Origin: a virus
Length of the DNA stretch: 64,000 nt
IMG/VR virus record: IMGVR_UViG_3300033273_000392
Span: 32,001 to 96,000 of that record
Direction: 5' to 3' (one strand)
A model generated the notes under the pieces. It was given only the letters and a program-made list of their open reading frames with translations. It was not told the origin of the DNA and made no database searches. Position numbers and translations under genes: made by a program. The first letter of the stretch is position 1; the number at the start of each line of letters is the position of its first letter. This document shows, one piece after another, positions 8,318 through 17,834 of the stretch.

Positions 8318-8335
8318 ATGCAATATACAACAAAA
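8318..8335 (-). promoter_or_regulatory. Possible host-RNAP (early) promoter
   Basis: Minus strand TTTGTTGTATATTGCA loosely resembles Bacteroidota -7 element TAnnTTTG; about 40 nt upstream of ATG 8281. Confidence 0.35.
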
Positions 8336-8360
8336 AACCCAGACATAAAAATGCCTGGGC
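8332..8360 (-). terminator. Rho-independent terminator
   Basis: Minus strand GCCCAGGCAT-TTTT-ATGTCTGGGT-TTTTT after stop at 8388. Confidence 0.8.
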
Positions 8361-8387
8361 TATTAATTTTGTTAAAAATCGTTAAAA

Positions 8388-8765
8388 TTACTTTTCTAGC
8401 CTTTCATTAAGAAACGACTTAAAACTGTAAATGTATTTCATTTCAGAAGTCTCTTCTTCCTCTTCGTCTTCTTTTCTGCCAGCTGGAACATCTCCAGAAC
8501 CGACTTCGCCAGTGTCTGGATTTGGAAAGGCTACTGGACCCATGCCGCTTATCTGTGCTGGAGTTATACCTTCTCCGACCTTATCAGGGAGACCTTCGTG
8601 TTTAGTCTCGGCAAAATCTTTAAGCTGCTTTAAAGTCATATTATCTACAAGATCCTCTACATCATCCCTATAAGATGAATCGACGTCAGAAAGTTGCATA
8701 TCACCGTTTTTGACGGCGTATGCAACTCCCATTAGTCTCTGTTGTGATTTACTTGTACTAGGCAT
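8388..8765 (-). CDS. DUF3008-like protein, probably virion-associated
   Basis: MPSTSKSQQRLMG..LKDFAETKHEGLP; C-terminal YSFKSFLNE motif. Confidence 0.65.
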   Translation of the reverse strand: MPSTSKSQQRLMGVAYAVKNGDMQLSDVDSSYRDDVEDLVDNMTLKQLKDFAETKHEGLPDKVGEGITPAQISGMGPVAFPNPDTGEVGSGDVPAGRKEDEEEEETSEMKYIYSFKSFLNERLEK

Positions 8766-8768
8766 TAC

Positions 8769-10748
8769 TTATGCTGGCATGTAATTTCCTTTTACGTACT
8801 TATGAATATCATTTATTTTCTTAGCAGCGGCATCGGCCTCGTCCTTATAGTATGAGGTACCGTTAGCTGCTTTACCTCCGGTTTCAGCTTCCCACTCTGC
8901 GACTCTTCTATTGTAATCAATATATTTTCCATATAGATCCAACGCTCTTGACATAGAGTGTGATGCATCTCCAACACTGTGCTTAGTGCCAGGGATCGCA
9001 ATACTTCCCCATTGGCCAGATTCTCCTGCTGCAATACCAGCTGAAACTGCATTACTTATTAATTCAACAATTTCTTTAACTAATGCATCAATATCTGTTT
9101 CTGATGCTCTCTGCTTAAGAATAGCATAGTATCTTTGCTGATTTTCTTTTCTAAACTCTTTATCACTAGTAAATGCAAGTGCACCTTTCTTAGCATCTTG
9201 TCTTGCTGAAATCTTATCAGATGTACTATATTTGTCACGTAGAGCTTGAACGTTAAATACAAGGGCCCTATCAGCCATTTCAGCAATTCTCTTTACATTG
9301 TATAGTCCAGTAGCACCGTATCCTTTGTACTTTTTATCAATACCATAAGAACCTACACCACGGTAACCTTTACTTGATTTTGTCAGACTACTGCCGCGTT
9401 TCCAGCCGCCAATTCCCATAAAATCACCATTACCATTAGAAACAGCTAAGATAAATCCACCGCCCGGAATAGTGCCATATGCACCTCGATCGGTATACGG
9501 GTTTTCTTTTTCATTATCTGAGATATAGATGATATACGTATTGTAATTATATCCCTTTTTACCCTGTTCAAGCTTATATGCATCTTGTGGGTCCATAACA
9601 GAAATATCTTCATCCTGTACTTTGTCTAGTGCGATCTTTGTAGACTGATAAAAAGCATTAGATAGTCTAGCGTCAACCTTCTTTTCATTAGAATGTCTAC
9701 TAGTATTACTAAAGGCGTCTCTTAATAGATTAGAAGAGAACGCTTCATTTAGAATAGAATACTTATCTAATTGCTTTTCTTCTTTTAGTAGAGCAGAAAA
9801 GCTTTCAAAAGATTCAGAAACGATTTTTTCTTCAGATTCAAAGAAGCTATTAAATACGTCAACAACGCGCTGTGCTTCATTACCAAATCCAATAGACTCT
9901 AGGTAAAGAGCAGCTCCTTCAACTACACCAATACCAGCAAAACCTGCAGCAGAAGATGCTAGGCTGTAGTGCGATTCGATAAACTGCTTGACTTGTGCGT
10001 TTGTTAGAACAATCTCATGTCCACCTAGTTCAGCTAGTCTAATAGCCAATGGTCTGTATGCTCTTGGGGTTGCTTTAGGAAAAGCTTTTCCAACCGCTTC
10101 CATTTCTCTGTGGAAGTTTGCGTCTTCCATACCGTTCATTGTAACTTGCTTTAGAGCTAGAAGTAGGTTAGCCTTATCCTTTGCAAGACCCGATGCGGTA
10201 ACTTCAAAGAACTTCTTAAGAGCTGCAAATACTTTTTTAGCCTCTCTAGACTCAACTTTAATTGCTTCGTTCATTGTATTGTTTGTATTTTGTGTTTCTT
10301 CTTGTATTGATTCATCAGAATCTTCTTCCTCACTTACATCTTTAACAGTAACTGGGAAAGTTTTACCTTGGAACTCAAACTCCTTTAAGCCCTCGGCCTT
10401 TGCAGCTCTAGCCGCAGTAATAAATGCGTTTCTACCTTCATCGATCTCCTCTTCTTCGTTGACCGCTAGGGCTGAAAGTGCCCTTTGTCCAAACTTAGAA
10501 AGCTTAACACCATCTTCTGAAACGCTAAAGTACTTTGCGTTTCTTCTTAACCATCTTTTAGAATCGCCGCTAAGCTCAGAAACAAGAGCATTAAACTCTT
10601 CTTGTGTAATCTGGCCGTCTGCAATTTCAGATAGAACTTTATTTCTTATTTTAGCAGTAAAACCCGCCTCTAAAGCAGGGTGGTTTTCTGTGTATCTTCT
10701 CTTGAGAGTAATCTTCTTTCTCTCATTTAAATAATCATTAAAATTCAT
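8769..10748 (-). CDS. Putative head-internal multidomain protein (659 aa)
   Basis: N-terminal MNFNDYLNE signal-like motif, several hydrophobic-x-E sites, module shared with 13919..14566. Confidence 0.5.
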   Translation of the reverse strand: MNFNDYLNERKKITLKRRYTENHPALEAGFTAKIRNKVLSEIADGQITQEEFNALVSELSGDSKRWLRRNAKYFSVSEDGVKLSKFGQRALSALAVNEEEEIDEGRNAFITAARAAKAEGLKEFEFQGKTFPVTVKDVSEEEDSDESIQEETQNTNNTMNEAIKVESREAKKVFAALKKFFEVTASGLAKDKANLLLALKQVTMNGMEDANFHREMEAVGKAFPKATPRAYRPLAIRLAELGGHEIVLTNAQVKQFIESHYSLASSAAGFAGIGVVEGAALYLESIGFGNEAQRVVDVFNSFFESEEKIVSESFESFSALLKEEKQLDKYSILNEAFSSNLLRDAFSNTSRHSNEKKVDARLSNAFYQSTKIALDKVQDEDISVMDPQDAYKLEQGKKGYNYNTYIIYISDNEKENPYTDRGAYGTIPGGGFILAVSNGNGDFMGIGGWKRGSSLTKSSKGYRGVGSYGIDKKYKGYGATGLYNVKRIAEMADRALVFNVQALRDKYSTSDKISARQDAKKGALAFTSDKEFRKENQQRYYAILKQRASETDIDALVKEIVELISNAVSAGIAAGESGQWGSIAIPGTKHSVGDASHSMSRALDLYGKYIDYNRRVAEWEAETGGKAANGTSYYKDEADAAAKKINDIHKYVKGNYMPA

Positions 10749-10773
10749 GATAGAATCCTTGTTTTTGTATATA

Positions 10774-12630
10774 TTAGTCTGACATCTTTATAAATTCAGA
10801 AAAGGTTAGTAGATTTGACTCATAAACCTTAGATTCTGCAGCTGCCATAGACATTTCTAAAGTATCTTTAAGCTCTTTATACATTCCATGAATCTCCTTA
10901 GGAGTAAGCTTCTTAAATAAGCGCTCGTCTCCATCTAACATCGCGTTTCTAACTTGAGTAGCTGAAATGTTTTTACCTGTTCTAGGAATCTCAAATAGAC
11001 CAAAATCATCTCTAACACCCAGATCTTCTCTGTATTCTTCTTTATCTACCTGGTAACTATAAACCTTAAGTCTATCGCTACCAGTTCCCCATAATACTGG
11101 TTCATATTTAGGTCTCATCATATTGAACATCTTATCAATAGCAGCGGATGGAACAATAAACACCTCTTGAATAGGGTATTTTCTTTTTAGCATATTAAGC
11201 ATCTTAACCTGCATCTCTTCAGAGTAAGGTCTCTTAAATGCATCCTCAGCCTTTCTCGTTTTTGACTTAACTAGAAAAATAACTACAGGATATCCATTCT
11301 CTTTATGAATTGCATTTATAACTTTAGCGTGGCCTAGTGTAAACGGCTGGAATCTACCAACAAACATGTTTACTGGCATTTTACCTTGTTCTTTATACTT
11401 TACATCAAGTGCCTCCATAACCGGTGAATCCTGAGACTGTATCTTTTCAGCTTTTAAGAAAGTGTTATATGTCATAATGCTAGACTCTTCCTGCTTCATC
11501 ATGATTCTATCTTCTATTTTTTCGACAATATCATTCATCTGACTCATAAGATCTGCATTTATAATCTTTGTTTCCTTGGTTCTCTTTTTTCTAAATGAAC
11601 CTAGCATAATCTTAAATAGCTCTGAAAGATCCTCGTTAGAAACAAGTTCTATAGTTTTTTCGTTTGTTATAAACTCCCTATTTAGTTCAAATCCGGGCTT
11701 ACTAGCAAATCCAGCCGAATCAAAGTCAGCTCCGATATACTTAACCGCATTCTTAGAAATGTAATCATTGAATATGGTAGACATAATCTCAAGATATCTA
11801 AGATCTGTATCTTCTTCTAAAAGATCTAAGGAACCTATGTTGTAGTCCGAAAGGTATTCTACTAAGTCTAGTATTGAAATCTGATACATGTCAGACGCCT
11901 CTCTTTCCTCATCGACCTTTCTATCAAATCTAGAAAGCTTAAAGTTCTTTATCTTTTTGCCATCAGCAAATGAGACTATTAATGAATCTATATCAGCATC
12001 TAATCCCTCATGTAATGCTGTCTTAGAAAGCTGCTTATTAAATATACCATAAACGCTTCTGGTAAAAGAGTCATCCTTAAATCTGTTTTCAAAGGCTTCA
12101 TCGCTTAACTCTAAAAGAGAAATAAGGTCATCCTTTTGGTGTGATGCAAGTACACCCTCGAATATAACAGGAATGCTATTTACATCAAGAGTATTAGCCC
12201 ACTTTTCTAAGATTTTAGGGTCTCTGATAACCTTTTTAATCTGTGTTGGATCTGTTGGATTTAAAACCTGAATGTGCGTTAGTATAAGGTGGTTCTTAGG
12301 AAGATTATCATACTCAATGTCGACTGTTTTTCTATTAGTCATATAGTCAAAACCAAACTTCCAGTCAGATGGCATCTCAGCCTTAATCTCGTCCGAAATA
12401 GAATGAAAATGCCCTATTGCGTTTTCGTAGTATTTAACAATTGTTCTATCGACCCTTGTCATAGGATATTTAGATCCACTCTTGTAGAACTCATATCCTT
12501 CAGATGTTCTTCTAGCATGAAACGAAGATGCTTGTACCTTTTCTGTAACTATGCACTTGTTTTTCAACATGTCCATAAATTCATTTCTATTACAAGAATT
12601 AAAATATGTTCTTAAGTTTTCAAGTGCCAT
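10774..12630 (-). CDS. Degenerate RNA-ligase-fold domain fused to HxGH-type (NadM/cytidylyltransferase-like) nucleotidyltransferase
   Basis: N-term VTEKVQAS, IPVIFEG, IDSLIV, FKL; C-term FVGRFQPFTLGH, GTGSDR, ISATQVR. Confidence 0.7.
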   Translation of the reverse strand: MALENLRTYFNSCNRNEFMDMLKNKCIVTEKVQASSFHARRTSEGYEFYKSGSKYPMTRVDRTIVKYYENAIGHFHSISDEIKAEMPSDWKFGFDYMTNRKTVDIEYDNLPKNHLILTHIQVLNPTDPTQIKKVIRDPKILEKWANTLDVNSIPVIFEGVLASHQKDDLISLLELSDEAFENRFKDDSFTRSVYGIFNKQLSKTALHEGLDADIDSLIVSFADGKKIKNFKLSRFDRKVDEEREASDMYQISILDLVEYLSDYNIGSLDLLEEDTDLRYLEIMSTIFNDYISKNAVKYIGADFDSAGFASKPGFELNREFITNEKTIELVSNEDLSELFKIMLGSFRKKRTKETKIINADLMSQMNDIVEKIEDRIMMKQEESSIMTYNTFLKAEKIQSQDSPVMEALDVKYKEQGKMPVNMFVGRFQPFTLGHAKVINAIHKENGYPVVIFLVKSKTRKAEDAFKRPYSEEMQVKMLNMLKRKYPIQEVFIVPSAAIDKMFNMMRPKYEPVLWGTGSDRLKVYSYQVDKEEYREDLGVRDDFGLFEIPRTGKNISATQVRNAMLDGDERLFKKLTPKEIHGMYKELKDTLEMSMAAAESKVYESNLLTFSEFIKMSD

Positions 12631-13919
12631 TATCTTCCGTATTTAATGATTCCCATTAGCTGGTTTATAGCAGCAAATGTACCTGTTAGTTTGTAAGTAT
12701 GTCCCTTATATCTAAAAACAAGACCTTCGGTAGGTACAATTGATTCTATACCTCCAATTCTATCTAGTCTCTTTAGTTCGTCCTCTACCTTTTTAATTTG
12801 CTTTTCATCGCCTCCCTTTTTAATCTTATCTGCCTCCGTTCTTATTTCGTTATGCAATCTCTGCATTTCTTTATCAGGCGATACTGCCAAAAAGTTAGAT
12901 GCATTCTTTAATATGATAGAGCCTAACTCTAAGAAAAGATCTTCAAATGGCTCTATGTTTTCTTTATACTTTTTCTTTACATCCTCTTTATCAAACTTCT
13001 TAATAGATGCAAGTTGATTCTTGTCGACTGCCTTTGCTACAGCTCTCATATCAAGTGTCTTCTTATCACCATATGCCCATCTTAAAAGAAGACCCTCTTT
13101 AACTTCCTGAGGTAGGTCTGAGAAATTAGATTCTATCTGCTCTCTCCACCACATCTCGTGATATCTTGATACTTCATCTGAATCAGATAAACTGTATCTT
13201 TTCTTTAGAGATTCAACCTTAGCTAAAAATTTAGACTTATTTTTTTCAAAGTCTACATCCTTTCTAAGTTGTATAATTCTAGGTGGTATAATTTCAAAAG
13301 TATCACCTACCCTTGCGTTTACTTTATCTAATAATGATGTTATTTCTTTTGCTCCCTTTGGATTTTGTCCTATAATATTACCTTCGCCATCTGTTTCTAC
13401 GATACCGTGAAATTGTATAGCATCGACATCATAGTGTATTACATTAGGATTCTTAGAGTAGATAAGCTCCATGTTCATAAATGACTTTCCGTCATTAAAG
13501 TACTTATCTAAAACATCTTGCTTTATCTTAGGAAGATTAGTCGATAAATCCTTAGCTGCTAGTGTAAATGTATCTCTAACTAACTCGCTAGGATGATCGG
13601 CAAACATTGCCGTTATACCATCTAGATCCAGAGGAGCCATAAGTTGTGTCTTGTTTCTAGCAAATAGAACAACACCGCCTTTGACAGTAGCAAATACATT
13701 CTGGCCGTCTGTTTTTTCTGTAGGATCCTCTTCAAAGTTTAACTCGCCGCTAAGACCTGATTCTATAAGGTTTTTAAAGTCACCAAACGTAAGTGATTTG
13801 TTATCAAACGGGTGTGACATATGGCCGGCTGCACCGCCCTCCATAATAAGAGAATGGCCCGCTACTGCGGGCTTCTCCTTCTCAAATAAGAATTGCTTAT
13901 ATGTAAAAAATCTATTCAT
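12630..13919 (-). CDS. RNA-ligase-like nucleotidyltransferase (DUF6267-like)
   Basis: Motif I TEKTDGQN, ARNK, MELIY, QFHG, motif IV TEGLVF, motif V YKLTG. Confidence 0.65.
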   Translation of the reverse strand: MNRFFTYKQFLFEKEKPAVAGHSLIMEGGAAGHMSHPFDNKSLTFGDFKNLIESGLSGELNFEEDPTEKTDGQNVFATVKGGVVLFARNKTQLMAPLDLDGITAMFADHPSELVRDTFTLAAKDLSTNLPKIKQDVLDKYFNDGKSFMNMELIYSKNPNVIHYDVDAIQFHGIVETDGEGNIIGQNPKGAKEITSLLDKVNARVGDTFEIIPPRIIQLRKDVDFEKNKSKFLAKVESLKKRYSLSDSDEVSRYHEMWWREQIESNFSDLPQEVKEGLLLRWAYGDKKTLDMRAVAKAVDKNQLASIKKFDKEDVKKKYKENIEPFEDLFLELGSIILKNASNFLAVSPDKEMQRLHNEIRTEADKIKKGGDEKQIKKVEDELKRLDRIGGIESIVPTEGLVFRYKGHTYKLTGTFAAINQLMGIIKYGR

Positions 13920-14566
13920 TATCCTAGAGAGCTCTGTAGCATGCCTACTGCAGCGCCATAGTCTCCTTCTGCTTTTGAAAGTATTCCGTCAATTGTCTCT
14001 TGTGCCTTTGCTTCGTCAAAGTCATCACCGAATGCCTTTTGAAGAACTGCTTTAGCATACTCAGAAAACTCTTCGTCAGAATTAACTTCTGCTTCACTTA
14101 CTTCAGCTTCTTCAACCTCTTCGGTTTCAGTAACTTCTTCAGTTGCTTCTTCAGTTGCTTCTTCGTTAGCAGCGGCTTCCATTTCCTCAGCATTTTCTTT
14201 ATCGTCGGCATCGACGTCTTCTACTGGGTATGTTTCACCGTCAACTGTAAACTCTTTTTCGCCGTCTGCTATAGCCTTAGCTCTTGCAGCACCAAACGCA
14301 TTACCTTCTGAAACATAAGCCTCTTCTAATCTATCGATCATATAAGTTACGTCTTCAGAACTTGCGTTTTCTTTTAATCTATCAAAGAAAGATGCCTTGT
14401 CATCATCGTTTAACTCTGAAATTTCAGAAACGCCGTATTCAGACAACAGATCTTTAAAGCTCTGTGCACTAGACGCTCTTTTTGCTTCTCTTTCTTCTTC
14501 AAGTTTTGCAGTTTGTTGTTCCTTTCTAAACTGAGAGAAAGAGTTAAAGTCGTGTAGTTTTTCCAT
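13919..14566 (-). CDS. Acidic putative head-internal/scaffold-like protein (215 aa)
   Basis: Very Glu-rich; N-terminal FNSFSQF motif; module GNAFGAARAKA..EFTVDGETYPV. Confidence 0.5.
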   Translation of the reverse strand: MEKLHDFNSFSQFRKEQQTAKLEEEREAKRASSAQSFKDLLSEYGVSEISELNDDDKASFFDRLKENASSEDVTYMIDRLEEAYVSEGNAFGAARAKAIADGEKEFTVDGETYPVEDVDADDKENAEEMEAAANEEATEEATEEVTETEEVEEAEVSEAEVNSDEEFSEYAKAVLQKAFGDDFDEAKAQETIDGILSKAEGDYGAAVGMLQSSLG

Positions 14567-14598
14567 ATCTATATTATATTTTTTGGAATATCATATTC

Positions 14599-16107
14599 TT
14601 ATATATCCCCATCAAATTTGATCTTTTTAATAACGTATTCAAACTTTTGTTCTTTGTAGATTCTGCGGCGTTCTATAGCATGTCGCATTAGATAGTTTGT
14701 CCACTCATCAGAAGATAGGTCATCTACAAAATCAATGATAGTTACGCTATCTTTTGATTCATGTTGTCTTAGACCACGGCCTATAGACTGTCTAATGATA
14801 ACCTCTGATTTAAACGACTCTGTAAAGAATATATTGTGGATCTTCTTGATCGAAATACCAGTTGAAAATGTACCGTATGATGCCACAATCACTACTTCTT
14901 CACCAGCCTCCATCTTTTTTTTATACTCCTCTCTTATGTCTTTATCGGTTCCACCATCTACATAATAGACTATCTTATCACTATCAGATCTAAGCTTATC
15001 ATATAGCTTTTTACCATGTTCTATTCTATGGAACAAGACAAGTGAGTTGCCAGGAATCTTAGCTACAACAGAGTTTATAAAGCTAAGTCTTCCAGGGGAA
15101 TTTATAACATAATTCTGTTCGAACTTAAATACATCCTTACTCTCATACCTATTTATTGCCATCTCACTAAACGCCTTCTTAGTAGAGTCTGATGCATAGT
15201 CCATCTCTATAATCTTTACTTTACATCCTGCAATATGGCCTTCTTTCTGCAAGTAGTTCGCGCTAACCTCTGTAATAACAGGGCCAGTATATGCCATCAA
15301 GGTAAGCCTATCTAGCTTTCCTTTTTTAGGTATAGTTCCTGATAGACCGTATCTGTATTTTGCATTGATACACTTCTGTAAGATCGCCTTGATAGAAGTG
15401 GACTTTGCCTTGTGCGTTTCGTCAATAATTACCGCATCAAATTGTTGGAAGTAATCCTTTGGCTTTTTAACAAGTGACTGATATGTACCTATAACCACAT
15501 TTCTGCCTTGGCGTATCTTCTGTCCTGAATAGATCTGCTGAACCTTTATACTTACCCTATTCTCATAATTGTAATCAAGGAAATCCTCGCTTGCCTGAAC
15601 TACAAGAGATACGTTAGGTACTATAAATAGAATCTTATTAGCCTTCTTTTTTTCTAGCATGTATGCAACCGTAAGAAACGATATAAGAGTCTTACCTGCC
15701 GAAGTGGCAAGTTCAGCAAGGCACCTCCTAAACTTCAATATATTATAAGCTGCCTCTATCTGATAGTCCCTAGGAGTTATCTCGCTGTCCTTAAAGAACT
15801 CTAATGCCCATGCTTCGAATTCATCTTGCTTTATAGACTTATCAAATATCTCTGTAATACCATTAAGCTTAAGGTCAAACTTATAGTCCTTACATAAATC
15901 CATGATGTCTTTCCACAGACCTGATGGAATCCATTTATTATCCTTTATGTACGAGACATAACCATCCCACACACCTCGTTTAACCAAGGGGTTGAATCTC
16001 CAAGAATCAATCCTCTTAGTTAACGAGATGTTGAGCTGCTCTATCTCCAGCTCTGTCGCAGAATCTACTCTAAGAAACTGCTTATTTTCGGTTAAGCTAA
16101 GTTCCAA
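14599..16107 (-). CDS. uvsW: UvsW-like SF2 DNA helicase
   Basis: PRDYQ, LATSAGKT, IIDETH, GLSGT, SYGTFSTGI, QSIGRGLR; T4 UvsW size. Confidence 0.92.
   Translation of the reverse strand: MELSLTENKQFLRVDSATELEIEQLNISLTKRIDSWRFNPLVKRGVWDGYVSYIKDNKWIPSGLWKDIMDLCKDYKFDLKLNGITEIFDKSIKQDEFEAWALEFFKDSEITPRDYQIEAAYNILKFRRCLAELATSAGKTLISFLTVAYMLEKKKANKILFIVPNVSLVVQASEDFLDYNYENRVSIKVQQIYSGQKIRQGRNVVIGTYQSLVKKPKDYFQQFDAVIIDETHKAKSTSIKAILQKCINAKYRYGLSGTIPKKGKLDRLTLMAYTGPVITEVSANYLQKEGHIAGCKVKIIEMDYASDSTKKAFSEMAINRYESKDVFKFEQNYVINSPGRLSFINSVVAKIPGNSLVLFHRIEHGKKLYDKLRSDSDKIVYYVDGGTDKDIREEYKKKMEAGEEVVIVASYGTFSTGISIKKIHNIFFTESFKSEVIIRQSIGRGLRQHESKDSVTIIDFVDDLSSDEWTNYLMRHAIERRRIYKEQKFEYVIKKIKFDGDI
14600..14607 (-). 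promoter_or_regulatory. Putative late promoter GATATATA
   Basis: Recurrent octamer upstream of virion-type genes. Confidence 0.6.
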
Positions 16108-16131
16108 TACATAGAAATCTTTTTATTCTCC

Positions 16132-16554
16132 TTACAGATCTTTTAGTGCGAGTCTGTTTCGGATGGCAAATCCCATGTTGTCTAGGGTCTTCACCGACTC
16201 CTTTAGAAAGTCAAGCTGATTCTCTAAGTGAGCCAAAATTGTATAGTCGTCGGCGAGGTCTGCTTCCATAAACCTCTCCTTTTGTTTTTCTCCTAACTTA
16301 TAGTCATACTCATAATATCGTATATACGCTTCTCTGTGACGCACTGATAGTCTAGCCTTCTGGTCACGAATCTTCGTATTCATATATGCTATCTGATCTA
16401 TAAGCGATTGTCTAGACGAAAGCACCTTTGCAATCGTCTCTTCCATTCCATTAATATACTTTAAGCTATGTGCAAGTTCTTTAATCTTTGTAGACCACTC
16501 ACTTCTTTGCTTTCCGAGCTTTTCATCTAACTCTATTATCTTCTCTTTACTCAT
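16132..16554 (-). CDS. uvsY: UvsY-like recombination mediator
   Basis: 140-aa helical protein ending EAD..LDFLKESVKTLDNMGFAIRN; next to uvsW. Confidence 0.75.
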   Translation of the reverse strand: MSKEKIIELDEKLGKQRSEWSTKIKELAHSLKYINGMEETIAKVLSSRQSLIDQIAYMNTKIRDQKARLSVRHREAYIRYYEYDYKLGEKQKERFMEADLADDYTILAHLENQLDFLKESVKTLDNMGFAIRNRLALKDL

Positions 16555-16563
16555 CTAGTTTCT

Positions 16564-16785
16564 TTAAAAGAGGCTTTTGCGATCTCCTCTTGGTTTAACA
16601 AACTTACTAGCCTTTTGTTTCTTCTTAAACTTTGGTTTTATCTTTTCAGATTCAGGTTGGTCTACTTTATAATTAGATGCGTCGAAGTCAATGAACATCT
16701 TCATGCCCTTGAATCTTTCACGATCCTTGTAGAATCCATCTAAATCGTCTTCGACCATCCGTGTTATTTTATTTATACATACCAT
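16564..16785 (-). CDS. Hypothetical basic protein
   Basis: ORF filling the gap between primase and uvsY. Confidence 0.6.
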   Translation of the reverse strand: MVCINKITRMVEDDLDGFYKDRERFKGMKMFIDFDASNYKVDQPESEKIKPKFKKKQKASKFVKPRGDRKSLF

Positions 16786-17834
16786 AGATCTAGCTGACTT
16801 GTAGTGAAGTAATCATCTAACCGCTTATAAGCATCGAGCTTATTGTTATAGCAGACCTTAATCAAGTCATTTAGATCCTTTATATTGTATTTATCTAGCT
16901 TCATTTCGTCTATGAATTTAGACCACATAAATACAGGTCGACCCTTCTTAAGCTTTTCTGCCATCTTCTTTTTACCTGTCTCGTCGTTATCAAACATGTA
17001 ACGCACCGTCTCCATTTCATCGAACTCATCAGTAGATCTGCCAGCCGTTGCAAGCGCTATAGAATTCTGCATGAACTTGGCATCGAGTGGCCCTTCAAAT
17101 AGGGTAACTGTTCTTTGAAAGTTAACTTGCATAATTCCAAATAGAGTAGATAGCTTGCTTATCTTTAGCTTCTCATCCGGATCGATCTCTAATTCCTTTT
17201 CTAGTTCTTCATAAAGCTTAGGCAGGTCGTATGTGAGATACCTTGATCCTTTGCCTTTCATTCTACGACTTTGTACTGCAAGGATATTACCACTAGGAGT
17301 CCTATTGAGGATCCATAACTTATTATCCCTTTCAGAATATAAGAACTCATCGTACTTAGAATGTAAAAGTCTCTCCTTAAGCTTTAGCCATATCCATTCA
17401 CCAGGCTCTATCTCTCTAGCACCAAATCCATTCTTAAACTCTTGTAATGGAATCGCGAGTTCATCTGCTCTTGTAAATATGGCAGGCCTGACCGTATCGA
17501 CTCGTTTAACCTCACGCTCTTTGCTTTTAATATAGTCGATAACATCAAATGTATCTCCTGTATTTCGCATTCTAACATCAAAGTCCTTAAGCATAAGGTG
17601 GACGTTAGTATGCTTTGAGCAGTTATAGCAATGATACTGCAAAGTGTCCCAGTACAGATTACCTCTTTTCTTAGAGTCATCTGAGTGAGAATCACCACAA
17701 TAAGGACATGCCAGAACCAAACGGCCCGACATGTCCCTTACTTCTTGCTTTCTAGGAGAGTTATGCTCTTGGGCTGTAATCTCCTCTAATGCGATCCGTA
17801 TATTGTGCTTAAGATCGTTAGATATCGAGGTCAT
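16773..17834 (-). CDS. gp61: DNA primase (T4 gp61-like)
   Basis: Zn finger CPYCGDS..KKRG..HCYNC; TOPRIM FEGPLDA, FDNDETG, KDLND. Confidence 0.9.
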   Translation of the reverse strand: MTSISNDLKHNIRIALEEITAQEHNSPRKQEVRDMSGRLVLACPYCGDSHSDDSKKRGNLYWDTLQYHCYNCSKHTNVHLMLKDFDVRMRNTGDTFDVIDYIKSKEREVKRVDTVRPAIFTRADELAIPLQEFKNGFGAREIEPGEWIWLKLKERLLHSKYDEFLYSERDNKLWILNRTPSGNILAVQSRRMKGKGSRYLTYDLPKLYEELEKELEIDPDEKLKISKLSTLFGIMQVNFQRTVTLFEGPLDAKFMQNSIALATAGRSTDEFDEMETVRYMFDNDETGKKKMAEKLKKGRPVFMWSKFIDEMKLDKYNIKDLNDLIKVCYNNKLDAYKRLDDYFTTSQLDLWYV

